Virus record (IMG/VR): IMGVR_UViG_3300005662_000010
Location: 1-27,891 of that record
Origin: a virus
Taxonomy: Duplodnaviria > Caudoviricetes
Reading direction: 5' to 3' (one strand)
Length of the DNA: 27,891 nt
The position numbers and the translations under genes are program-made. The notes beneath the pieces were generated by a model, which saw nothing but the letters and a program-made list of their open reading frames with translations, was not told where the DNA came from and searched no databases. This document shows, piece after piece, positions 8,230 through 16,455 of the stretch (its first letter is position 1; the number at the start of each line of letters is the position of its first letter).

Positions 8230-8480
8230 ACAAGCGAACTCTGAATCAAGCCAAAGGGTATTACTACATCACCGACGAAAACGACTCGGTGATTGCCACC
8301 ACCTCCCTGCCCTACGGGGAAGCCTACACGATGGCACAGAGCCACCTGCTGCTCGAAACGGCAAAGGAAATGCTCCGTGCATGGAGCCGACACTTCGACG
8401 TGATGACCCAAGCGGAACTCGCCAACTTCGACAAAGCGTACGACATCGTTCAAACCTTCAAAAACGCCCAAGATGCCTAA
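8226..8480 (+). CDS. Hypothetical protein
   Basis: ATGA overlap; codon usage like the rest of the genome. Confidence 0.7.
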   Translation: MNKRTLNQAKGYYYITDENDSVIATTSLPYGEAYTMAQSHLLLETAKEMLRAWSRHFDVMTQAELANFDKAYDIVQTFKNAQDA

Positions 8481-8646
8481 CCACCTGAAAGTACACAGCA
8501 CGAGCGAACCCGACCGTTCACCGGGGTCGTTCAACGAGTGGCACGAAGACATGAACTTCGAACGCGAGTTGGAGCGTATCCTTGATGACTTCAAGTATCA
8601 AATCCGCGAAAAAGTACGCGGAGCATACTACGCCACAAAGCGATGA
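8473..8646 (+). CDS. Hypothetical protein (57 aa, MPNHLKVHSTSEPDRSPGSFNEWHED...)
   Basis: Below the ORF-track cutoff; fills the gap, ATGA overlap with the methyltransferase. Confidence 0.6.
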   Translation: MPNHLKVHSTSEPDRSPGSFNEWHEDMNFERELERILDDFKYQIREKVRGAYYATKR

Positions 8647-9401
8647 GGCACGGGTCTCTTTTCTCGGGGATAGGCGGGTTCGACCTCGCTGCCGAGTGGA
8701 TGGGGTGGACAAATGTCTTCCACGTGGAAAGAGACCCCTTTTGCCAGCGCGTACTGGCACACCATTTTCCAGGCTCACAAGCATTCAGCGATGTCAAAAC
8801 ATTCGACGGTAGACCTTTTCGCGGACACGTGGACATCCTCACGGGAGGGTTCCCCTGCCAACCTTACTCAAGCGCAGGGAAGCGACTTGGAAAGGACGAC
8901 GAACGCCACCTGTGGCCCGAGATGTGTAGAATCGTATTGGAGGTTGCCCCGGCCTACGTTGTGGGCGAAAACGTACGCGGCCTGCTTAATTGGAATGGGG
9001 GAGTGGTCTTCGAGGAGGTGTGCGCTGACTTGGAGTATTTGGGGTACGAGGTTTGGACGGGTATCCTTCCGGCTGCTGGTGTCGGCGCACCCCACCGACG
9101 GGAGAGAATTTGGTGGGTGGCTTCCTACGCCAACGGCAACCAGCGACCCCAAGGGAGGGTGCACGAGGCCCGACCCAACAAGGCAAAGAGACACGCTGGC
9201 TCACGCGATGCACGACCCAACCCGTGGGAAAACTTCCCATCTCAATCCCCGCTTTGTAGCGGAAATGATGGGCTTCCCCGTGAACTGGACGGAGTTACCT
9301 TTTCAAAGTGGCGCAACGAATCCATAAAAGCGTACGGCAATGCTATTGTTCCTCAACTTGCTTTTCAGTTATTTCGCGCCATTGAATGCGCGAAGCAATG
9401 A
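8643..9401 (+). CDS. DNA (cytosine-5)-methyltransferase, alpha polypeptide
   Basis: Motif I SLFSGIGG, IV GGFPCQPYS, VI ENV, VIII HRRERIW, X YGNAIVP. Confidence 0.92.
   Translation: MRHGSLFSGIGGFDLAAEWMGWTNVFHVERDPFCQRVLAHHFPGSQAFSDVKTFDGRPFRGHVDILTGGFPCQPYSSAGKRLGKDDERHLWPEMCRIVLEVAPAYVVGENVRGLLNWNGGVVFEEVCADLEYLGYEVWTGILPAAGVGAPHRRERIWWVASYANGNQRPQGRVHEARPNKAKRHAGSRDARPNPWENFPSQSPLCSGNDGLPRELDGVTFSKWRNESIKAYGNAIVPQLAFQLFRAIECAKQ
8791..9327 (+). CDS. Overprinted (+1 frame) beta polypeptide of the C5 methyltransferase
   Basis: Open frame 8713-9327 nested in the MTase gene; carries LPTPTA and motif-IX-like LNPRFVAEMMGFP; start 8713 or 8791. Confidence 0.65.
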   Translation: MSKHSTVDLFADTWTSSREGSPANLTQAQGSDLERTTNATCGPRCVESYWRLPRPTLWAKTYAACLIGMGEWSSRRCALTWSIWGTRFGRVSFRLLVSAHPTDGREFGGWLPTPTATSDPKGGCTRPDPTRQRDTLAHAMHDPTRGKTSHLNPRFVAEMMGFPVNWTELPFQSGATNP

Positions 9402-9790
9402 AAGCACCAACACGCAAGAAGTTAGACACCGTTTTTTCGAAGTGGGTGCGCATGAAGGATGCCGACCACGCAGGGATAGTTGCGTGCTTCACCTGTGGCA
9501 AAAGCAACCACTGGACGAAGATGCACGCAGGCCATTTTGTGACGCGGGCCAAGTACGCGACTCGTTGGGACGACATGAACGTCAAGCCCCAATGCCCCGC
9601 CTGCAACCTCTACGGCAACGGACAGCAGTACATCTTTGGATGCCGTCTGGACGGAATCTACGGGATAGGCACAGCGGAGCAGTTGATGGTCAAAAGCCAT
9701 CGCACCCTCAAGATGAGCGAGGACAACGCTCAACAATGGATTGACCACTACAACAAAGAGATACAGGAATTAATCAAAGCAATCACCTAA
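9398..9790 (+). CDS. NinG/Rap-like recombination endonuclease
   Basis: LDTVFSKWVR, CFTCG, AGHF, TRWDDMNVKPQCPACN motifs. Confidence 0.85.
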   Translation: MKAPTRKKLDTVFSKWVRMKDADHAGIVACFTCGKSNHWTKMHAGHFVTRAKYATRWDDMNVKPQCPACNLYGNGQQYIFGCRLDGIYGIGTAEQLMVKSHRTLKMSEDNAQQWIDHYNKEIQELIKAIT

Positions 9791-9799
9791 CTTTACAGC

Positions 9800-10171
9800 A
9801 TGGCAAAGAGACAGTACACAAGACGCTCCAAAGGCCTGGGCGACACCGTCGAGAAAGTCCTCGAGGTGACCGGGGTGGCCGAGGTAGCCAAAGCGGTGCT
9901 CGGCGACGACTGCGGGTGCGACAAACGCAAACGCTGGCTCAACGTGGCGTTTCCCTACGCGGTGCCGATGAACGAGGTGCAGAAGACCTTGTGGCGCACC
10001 ACCTTCGCCGACCGAAAAGAAGGAGAGGTCATGAAGGGAGCAGAGATTGCGACGCTCGAAGGACTCTACAAAGACGTCCTCAAGCGGAACCGCAAGGTGC
10101 AGGGGTGCGGCAGTTGCCTTGCCTCGATGTTGCAAGAACTCCAAGGAGCATACGAAGCCTCCTGCGACTAA
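9800..10171 (+). CDS. Cys-containing hypothetical protein (possible Zn binding)
   Basis: SKGLGDTVEK...DCGCDKRK...CGSC pattern that I recall from Bacteroidetes phages. Confidence 0.7.
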   Translation: MAKRQYTRRSKGLGDTVEKVLEVTGVAEVAKAVLGDDCGCDKRKRWLNVAFPYAVPMNEVQKTLWRTTFADRKEGEVMKGAEIATLEGLYKDVLKRNRKVQGCGSCLASMLQELQGAYEASCD

Positions 10172-10192
10172 AAAACCATCAAACGACAAACG

Positions 10193-10561
10193 ATGAGTCA
10201 AAAAAGCCTCGAGACGTTCTACGAGAACATCCGCAACAATCGCATCACCACCAACAAAGAGGTGGTGTACGTCAGCCTCCAAAAGCACTGCTTCAACTTG
10301 GACGAACTGCGGAAGTACACGAACATGAAACACCAAACGCTGACCGCCGCCCTCTCCCACCTTATGGACGAAGGGCTGGTCTTTCAGTTTAACGACAAGT
10401 TCTATATCAGCGACGCAGCCGCAGTCGAGACCCTGAAAGCCGAGCGCAAGTTGATACGCTACCGCAAGTGGGTGAAGGCCGGGGAGCGCGAGAACTTTTT
10501 TGTACGACATGCGTGGGATAGCCGCGCAAAAGAAATCCCGAACCAACCATGCCATTCGTAA
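10193..10561 (+). CDS. Winged-helix DNA-binding protein
   Basis: LDELRKYTNMKHQTLTAALSHLMDEGLV. Confidence 0.6.
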   Translation: MSQKSLETFYENIRNNRITTNKEVVYVSLQKHCFNLDELRKYTNMKHQTLTAALSHLMDEGLVFQFNDKFYISDAAAVETLKAERKLIRYRKWVKAGERENFFVRHAWDSRAKEIPNQPCHS

Positions 10562-10752
10562 AAGGACAATCCGGAAACCCATCCGGCCGGCCGAAAGGAA
10601 CATCCCGCACCACCACGGTAGACAAAACCACGCTGACCAAGGTGGTCAACAAAGAGATAGCCTACCTCTCTAAATCGATGGAAGACCTTCGATTCCATCC
10701 TGACGTACACATAGAAGCGGTCATCGCCCTCTACAAACTGCTCGAGAAGTGA
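10549..10752 (+). CDS. DUF5681-like small protein
   Basis: N-terminal FVKGQSGNPSGRPKG motif. Confidence 0.7.
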   Translation: MPFVKGQSGNPSGRPKGTSRTTTVDKTTLTKVVNKEIAYLSKSMEDLRFHPDVHIEAVIALYKLLEK

Positions 10753-11945
10753 AGACCAAACAGCAACCGCAGTCCTTTCAGTTGTGGCCAACAACCAAAC
10801 TGATACCCAACCCCACCAACCCGCGAGTCATCAAGGATGACAAGTTTGCCAAGTTGGTGCAATCCATCCGCGACTTCCCGGAGATGCTCGAAGCGCGTCC
10901 CATCGTCTGCTCCCCCGACGGGGTGGTCTTGGGCGGCAACATGCGCCTTAAAGCGTGCCTCGAAGCAGGACTCAAAGAGGTACCCGTCTACGTCGCCAAC
11001 TGGGAAAGCGACAAAAACGGCGAGTTCATCATCAAAGACAACGTAGGCTACGGAGAGTGGGACTGGGACATCCTCGCCAACGAGTGGGATGCTGCCGAGT
11101 TGGAAGCGTGGGGTCTCGACGTGTGGGTGCCCGAGAAGACCGAGGAAGGACTCACCGACCCCGACGAGGTTCCCGCCGCACCCAAAGAGGCAACCACACA
11201 ACTGGGCGACGTTTACGTGCTGGGCAACCACCGACTCATCTGCGGAGATTCGCGTGAGCCGGACACCGTGGCGCGACTGATGGCAGGGCAGAAAGCAAAC
11301 CTCCTCCTCACCGACCCACCCTACAACGTCGACTACCAAGGAGGCACAAAGGAGAAGTTGAAAATCGAAAACGACTCCATGAGCGATTCCGACTTCCGCA
11401 CCTTCCTCTTTCAGTTCCTGCAACTCTCCTTTGAAAACATGAACGAAGGGGCAGCCTTCTACATTTGGCACGCCGACTCCGAAGGGTACAACTTCCGAGG
11501 GGCAGTGAAAGACTGCGGCCAAGAGGTAAAGCAATGCCTCATTTGGAACAAGTCCGCCTTGGTGATGGGCCGCCAAGATTACCAGTGGAAGCACGAACCC
11601 TGCCTCTACGGGTGGAAGGCCGGAGCAGGACACGGATGGTACAGCGACCGCAAGCAGACCACCATCCTCGAGTTCGACAAGCCAAGTAAGAACGCCGACC
11701 ACCCAACGATGAAGCCAGTCGAGTTGTTTACCTACCTGATGGTCAACTCCTCACAGCCCAAAGAAATCGTGTACGACCCTTTCCTGGGTTCAGGCACCAC
11801 CGTCATCGCCGCCGAACAAACAGGGCGAGCATGCTACGGAATTGAACTCGACCCCAAGTACTGCGACGTCATCGTAAAGCGGTGGGAAGAGTTCACTGGC
11901 AAGAAAGCCACCAAAGAAGCAACGAACGTTCTACCCAATACCTGA
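10749..11945 (+). CDS. ParB-N domain fused to an N6/N4 DNA methyltransferase (beta class)
   Basis: N-terminal PNPTNPR...VLGGNMRLKA; TDPPY catalytic motif; HPTMKP; DPFLGSGTT SAM-binding motif. Confidence 0.92.
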   Translation: MKTKQQPQSFQLWPTTKLIPNPTNPRVIKDDKFAKLVQSIRDFPEMLEARPIVCSPDGVVLGGNMRLKACLEAGLKEVPVYVANWESDKNGEFIIKDNVGYGEWDWDILANEWDAAELEAWGLDVWVPEKTEEGLTDPDEVPAAPKEATTQLGDVYVLGNHRLICGDSREPDTVARLMAGQKANLLLTDPPYNVDYQGGTKEKLKIENDSMSDSDFRTFLFQFLQLSFENMNEGAAFYIWHADSEGYNFRGAVKDCGQEVKQCLIWNKSALVMGRQDYQWKHEPCLYGWKAGAGHGWYSDRKQTTILEFDKPSKNADHPTMKPVELFTYLMVNSSQPKEIVYDPFLGSGTTVIAAEQTGRACYGIELDPKYCDVIVKRWEEFTGKKATKEATNVLPNT

Positions 11946-11948
11946 ACG

Positions 11949-11982
11949 AATGGGGGGGGACGTTGACCTCCCCATTTACTTT
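11949..11982 (+). terminator. Hairpin (possible terminator) between the MTase and terS
   Basis: AATGGGGGGG / CCTCCCCATT stem followed by TACTTT. Confidence 0.5.
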
Positions 11983-11988
11983 CACAAA

Positions 11989-12309
11989 ATGCACAAGAAA
12001 AAAGAGGACTTGCTCGAAGCCTTGGAGAGGTCTTTGGGCATCGTGTCGACAGCGTGCAAGGCCGCCGACGTCTCACGTAGGTCGCACTACAACTGGATGG
12101 AAGAGGACGAAGAGTACCGGAAGCGAGTCAACGAAATCAACGACTCGGTTTTGGACTTTGCCGAAAGCCACCTCTACAAACTGGTCAAGGAGGGAAACCC
12201 CGCCGCCACCATCTTCTTCCTCAAAACCAAAGGGAAGGCCCGTGGCTACGTGGAACGGCAGGAGGTGGAGATTCACCCCCATCAACCTCTGTCGTGGTTT
12301 AAGGAGTGA
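11989..12309 (+). CDS. terS: Terminase small subunit
   Basis: LEALERSLGIVSTACK...HYNW HTH; ATIFFLKTKGKARGYVERQE; directly before terL. Confidence 0.8.
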   Translation: MHKKKEDLLEALERSLGIVSTACKAADVSRRSHYNWMEEDEEYRKRVNEINDSVLDFAESHLYKLVKEGNPAATIFFLKTKGKARGYVERQEVEIHPHQPLSWFKE

Positions 12310-13457
12310 AACTCGCGGCCACCTATTACCACGTCAAGAACTGCGACAAGCGCATCCAAGTCCACCAAGGCGGAACGCGAAGCGGAAAGACGTACTCCAT
12401 CCTCTTGGCCCTCATCGAGTTGGCCTTCAAGAATCAAAACAGCGGGGCCATCATCACCATCGCAAGGAAGTCCTTTCCCTCGTTGCGTGGCTCGGTGATG
12501 CGCGACTTCTTCGAAATCCTGGAACGCGAGAATATCTACTCCGAGGAATACCACAACAAGTCCGAGGCCAACTACCTCCTCTTTGGAAACCTCGTGGAGT
12601 TCATCTCCGTCGACCAAGCGCAAAAGGTGCGCGGCCGGAAGAGAGACATCCTCTTCATCAACGAAGCCAACGAACTACGGTTTGAGGACTGGCAGCAGTT
12701 GGTGCTGCGAACCACCGACCGTGTCATCATCGACTACAACCCGTCGGACGAGTTCCACTGGATTTACGAGCAGGTGATTCCTCGGGACGACGCGGCCTTC
12801 TTTCAGACCACCTACCTCGACAACCCGTACCTCAACGCGGAGACCATCGCGGAAATCGAACGCCTGAAAACCATCGACGAGATGTACTGGCGTGTCTATG
12901 GCTTGGGAGAACGCGGGCAATCCCGTGAGACCATCTTCCAGTTCAGCATCTACTCCAAGGTTCCGGCCACGGCCAAGCCACTGGCATATGGGATGGACTG
13001 GGGATACGCCAACGACCCCACGGCCTTGGTGCTGGTCTACCTTGACGGGGACGACCTCTACGTGGAGGAGTTGCTCTACCAAACACGGATGACCAACACC
13101 GACATCGCAGACGAGTTGCGCAGGCTGGGCCTTGACCGCAGGGCCGAAATCATAGCCGACTCCGCCGAACCCAAATCAATCGACGAACTGCACCGCATGG
13201 GTTTCAACATCAAGCCCTCGAAGAAGGGGCCGGACTCCGTTCGCATCGGCATCGACCTGATGCGCAGGTACCGCCTCCACGTCCGCGAGGAAGATGTCAA
13301 CGCTCAAAAGGAGTTCAGGAACTACAAGTGGATGACCGACAAAAACGGCAAGGTGCTCAACCAGCCTGTCGACGCTTTCAACCACATCGTCGACGCGGTT
13401 AGGTACATTTGCCTCAACAAGATAATGCGCAAAACGGGCCACTATGTCTACTCGTAA
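12306..13457 (+). CDS. terL: Terminase large subunit (PBSX/XtmB type)
   Basis: Walker A QGGTRSGKT, Walker B LFINEANE, DYNP, nuclease GMDWGYANDP, ADSAEP, NHIVDAVRY. Confidence 0.95.
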   Translation: MKLAATYYHVKNCDKRIQVHQGGTRSGKTYSILLALIELAFKNQNSGAIITIARKSFPSLRGSVMRDFFEILERENIYSEEYHNKSEANYLLFGNLVEFISVDQAQKVRGRKRDILFINEANELRFEDWQQLVLRTTDRVIIDYNPSDEFHWIYEQVIPRDDAAFFQTTYLDNPYLNAETIAEIERLKTIDEMYWRVYGLGERGQSRETIFQFSIYSKVPATAKPLAYGMDWGYANDPTALVLVYLDGDDLYVEELLYQTRMTNTDIADELRRLGLDRRAEIIADSAEPKSIDELHRMGFNIKPSKKGPDSVRIGIDLMRRYRLHVREEDVNAQKEFRNYKWMTDKNGKVLNQPVDAFNHIVDAVRYICLNKIMRKTGHYVYS

Positions 13458-14094
13458 ACGAATCCAAGTGCCTGAGACGATGGCCGACGTCACCGTCGGA
13501 ACGTACATCAAGTTGGCCAAGGCAAACGACCCACCCAAGGAGGGGATGGATGCTGTCCGTTTGGGCATCGAAATCTTGTGCGGGTTGCCCAAGCCAATGG
13601 TTCAGCGCATCGCCTTTGCCGACGTGGCCAAGATTGCACGCATCATGGTCAAGTTGATGGAGCCACCCAAAACGGAGGAGTTCCCTCTCGTGCCGAGATT
13701 TTTTCTCGGGAACGTGGAGTACGGATTCATCCCCGACTGGAGCGAGTTGTCACTCGGCGAGTTTGTCGATTTGGAAGAGTACTGCAAGGGCGATGTTTGG
13801 GAGAGTTTGCCGGACGTGCTTTCTGTGATGTACCGCCCCGTGGTTTCGTCGATGGGGCCGCTGTACGAGATTCAACCCTACAAGCCCTCACCCGGCCAAA
13901 GGGACAAGATGCTCGAGTGTCCGATGAACGTAGCCCTCGGCGCGATGGTTTTTTTTTACGATACCGGGAGGGTATTTGGGCGCGTTACGGAGTCCTCTTT
14001 GCAGGCGAGCAGTCCAAGATGGGGTCGAAGTGGGGTTGGTATCAAGTTATTCACGGGCTGGCTCAGGGCGACATTCTTCGGTTTGAGGCGGTGA
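13444..14094 (+). CDS. Probable tail assembly chaperone (gpG-like)
   Basis: YGFIPDWSELSLGEFVDLE...VMYRP; slippery GTT TTT TTT TAC. Confidence 0.6.
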   Translation: MSTRKRIQVPETMADVTVGTYIKLAKANDPPKEGMDAVRLGIEILCGLPKPMVQRIAFADVAKIARIMVKLMEPPKTEEFPLVPRFFLGNVEYGFIPDWSELSLGEFVDLEEYCKGDVWESLPDVLSVMYRPVVSSMGPLYEIQPYKPSPGQRDKMLECPMNVALGAMVFFYDTGRVFGRVTESSLQASSPRWGRSGVGIKLFTGWLRATFFGLRR

Positions 14095-14186
14095 CGAACC
14101 TGCGGGTGGAGGAGGTGCTTACCTACCTTGCGTACGAAAACGACCTGAACGCTAACACAAACAAAATCAATGGTAACGCTATCTGA
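13949..14186 (+). CDS. -1 frameshift extension of the chaperone (gpGT-like)
   Basis: T9 run at 13949-13957; the -1 frame encodes KWGWYQVIHGLAQGDILRFEAVTNL...LTYLAYEND and abuts the next gene. Confidence 0.65.
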
Positions 14187-14634
14187 CATCGACACCATCC
14201 TTCGGAACCTCGCGGCAAACCACAACCAAATCCGAGCGTTCTACACCACGGCCATCGACGAGTTGGACATCGACAAAATCACCATCGACATGTACCCGCT
14301 GTTTTACGCGCAGTGTACTCGGGTGACCACGAACGAAAACTCGGAGACGTTTACCTACGAGTTTGTGGTGGCCGACCTCGTCATCGAGGAGCAGCAGGGG
14401 GTCGATTTGATTCAGGTGTATTCGGAAACCCACCTCATCATGCGCGACATCGTGGCGCAGTTCAACCTCGCGGCCAGCACCTCGGGGCAGTTCGTTCCTG
14501 GCAAGTGGGTCATTGGATTTCCGCTGAACCTCACCCCGTTCACCGCACGGTTCAACAACATGCTGACGGGATGGGGAGTGGAGGTCGACATCAACGTGCC
14601 GAACCCACTGGATTTGTGCAATGCCCTTTATTGA
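14170..14634 (+). CDS. Probable tail terminator/completion protein
   Basis: 154 aa; YPLFY...PFTARFNNMLTGW pattern; position in the structural module. Confidence 0.5.
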   Translation: MVTLSDIDTILRNLAANHNQIRAFYTTAIDELDIDKITIDMYPLFYAQCTRVTTNENSETFTYEFVVADLVIEEQQGVDLIQVYSETHLIMRDIVAQFNLAASTSGQFVPGKWVIGFPLNLTPFTARFNNMLTGWGVEVDINVPNPLDLCNALY

Positions 14635-15232
14635 GTTTCCGATAAAGTGGCAGGGTGAGACGGCCCTTTTCTCCGCCAAGCATCTCTACTTCGAGATGTC
14701 CACGGTGGCCAACCGCATCGCCTCCATCGCTCGGGAGACCCTTGACAAAGAAAACAAGAATGCCACGGGCAACTTGTACCGCGATGTGGTGTGGGAGATG
14801 CCTTTGACTGGGCAGGAGTTCTCCTTGACCTTCCCATTCAAGAAGTCGCCCTACTGGAACTTTGTCGACAAAGGGGTGCAAGGATTTGCGAGCAACGCCA
14901 AGGCTCCCAACAGCCCCTTTAAGTTTGGCTCAGGGACGGGGCCGAAGGGCAAGTTGATTCCTGCCATCGACCGCTGGGCCATCGTCAAGGGTCTGCCTGA
15001 CCTGCGCGACGAGAAGGGCCGGTTCGTTCCTCGCCAACAGATGATTAAGCGCATAGCCCGAAGCGTGTACCTTTATGGAATCAGGCCCACTTACTTTATC
15101 AGCGACCCCTTCGAGATGCTTTACAACCAGTCCATCCCCCGCCTTGAGGCTGCATTCAAGATGGACGTGGAGGATTTCTTGAAAGAAAAATTCCCTGAAG
15201 AGATGGAGGTCACTTTTAAGATTACGATATGA
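14621..15232 (+). CDS. Neck/tail completion protein (HK97 gp10-like)
   Basis: NATGNL, FVDKGVQG, IARSVYLYGIRPT basic motifs. Confidence 0.55.
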   Translation: MPFIEFPIKWQGETALFSAKHLYFEMSTVANRIASIARETLDKENKNATGNLYRDVVWEMPLTGQEFSLTFPFKKSPYWNFVDKGVQGFASNAKAPNSPFKFGSGTGPKGKLIPAIDRWAIVKGLPDLRDEKGRFVPRQQMIKRIARSVYLYGIRPTYFISDPFEMLYNQSIPRLEAAFKMDVEDFLKEKFPEEMEVTFKITI

Positions 15233-16455
15233 CCATCAACTACCAACCTTCTCATTCCATCCTCGGAGCCAACGACCTCGCGGTTTATGTGGTCTACGAC
15301 GGGGTGAATGTGACCGACCCCAAGTTCCGCTACATCTGCCAAGTGTTCGATGGAGGCACGGAACTGGCCAAGTTGAAACAACTGCCCAACTCAGCGAACG
15401 CAGGGGTGTTTGACATCCACCGCATCGTCAGCGACTACGTCTATCAAGACGAGGGCATCCATGCCTCGGCGATGTTCACTGGGTTCACCAAGGCCTACAA
15501 ATTCATCACGATTAAGTTCGGATTTGAATCGGCTCCCACGGCCAACGACGAGCCCGTGGAATACTTAAACGAAATCAGCACCACGGCCACGTTCGTCAAC
15601 GCGCAATTCGAGCAGGTCTACAGCCCCTACGACGGAGGCAATAACGACACCTACATCCCGGATGGGACAACCAGCAAATTTGCGAGCATCCTGCCCACGG
15701 AAATCTATGCGCAGGTCAAGGACTACGGGACGGTGACGCTCATCAACACAGGTTACTCAGGGTCGCGCTACGTGTACATCCAATACTTCTCCGGCAACAC
15801 GGCCCTTAATAGCCACCATTTTACCGTCCCGACCACAGGAACGTTTGCAAACAAGTTTCAGTACATTGGAATCTACCCGGCCAACCTGGAAGCCCAAACA
15901 ATCAATACCTCGATGCGGCCGAGTGCGAATGCTGGATGGACGCACTACACCGTCGTGCTGAAATCGGCAACGCTTCCGAGCAGCCCCAAGATGAGCCAAA
16001 CCTACACCGTCTTCCTTGACGAAGAGTGCAAGTACCCCTATACGAGGTTGGCGTTTTGGAACTCGCTCGGCGGGTGGGACTACATCAACTTCCGCAACGC
16101 GCTGAAACCCAGGGTGAAGGTGAGCCAGCAGAACTACGACTCCATCGGGGGCAACTGGTTTCAGGCAGGGCCGGGAGTTCCCTATGCCCGAGCGGTAAAT
16201 GACGGAGGCACGCGGGTGACCAACAGCGAGTTAGAATCGTCCTACGTGGCTTCCAGCGGCTTTTACGAAGAGTCCTACAACGCGGTGTTTAAAGACCTCC
16301 TGCTATCTCAGCGCATCCTCCGTTACGAGTTGGGCAGTTGGATTCCGGTGGTGCTGACGACAAGAGACCTCGAAATCCAAACCGAACTGAATGACAAGTT
16401 GATTCAGTACGACTTCGAGTTCCGCGATGCCAAGCGCACGAAAGAACTGCGGTGA
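15229..16455 (+). CDS. Tail structural protein (distal tail-like)
   Basis: 408 aa, beta-rich; FWNSLGGWDYINF and LIQYDFEF motifs; precedes the hub gene. Confidence 0.55.
   Translation: MTINYQPSHSILGANDLAVYVVYDGVNVTDPKFRYICQVFDGGTELAKLKQLPNSANAGVFDIHRIVSDYVYQDEGIHASAMFTGFTKAYKFITIKFGFESAPTANDEPVEYLNEISTTATFVNAQFEQVYSPYDGGNNDTYIPDGTTSKFASILPTEIYAQVKDYGTVTLINTGYSGSRYVYIQYFSGNTALNSHHFTVPTTGTFANKFQYIGIYPANLEAQTINTSMRPSANAGWTHYTVVLKSATLPSSPKMSQTYTVFLDEECKYPYTRLAFWNSLGGWDYINFRNALKPRVKVSQQNYDSIGGNWFQAGPGVPYARAVNDGGTRVTNSELESSYVASSGFYEESYNAVFKDLLLSQRILRYELGSWIPVVLTTRDLEIQTELNDKLIQYDFEFRDAKRTKELR

Noticed and set aside
11882-12685. 267-aa alternative-frame ORF over terS/terL
   Set aside because: R/P/S-rich off-frame translation with no motifs, typical of GC-rich codon bias.
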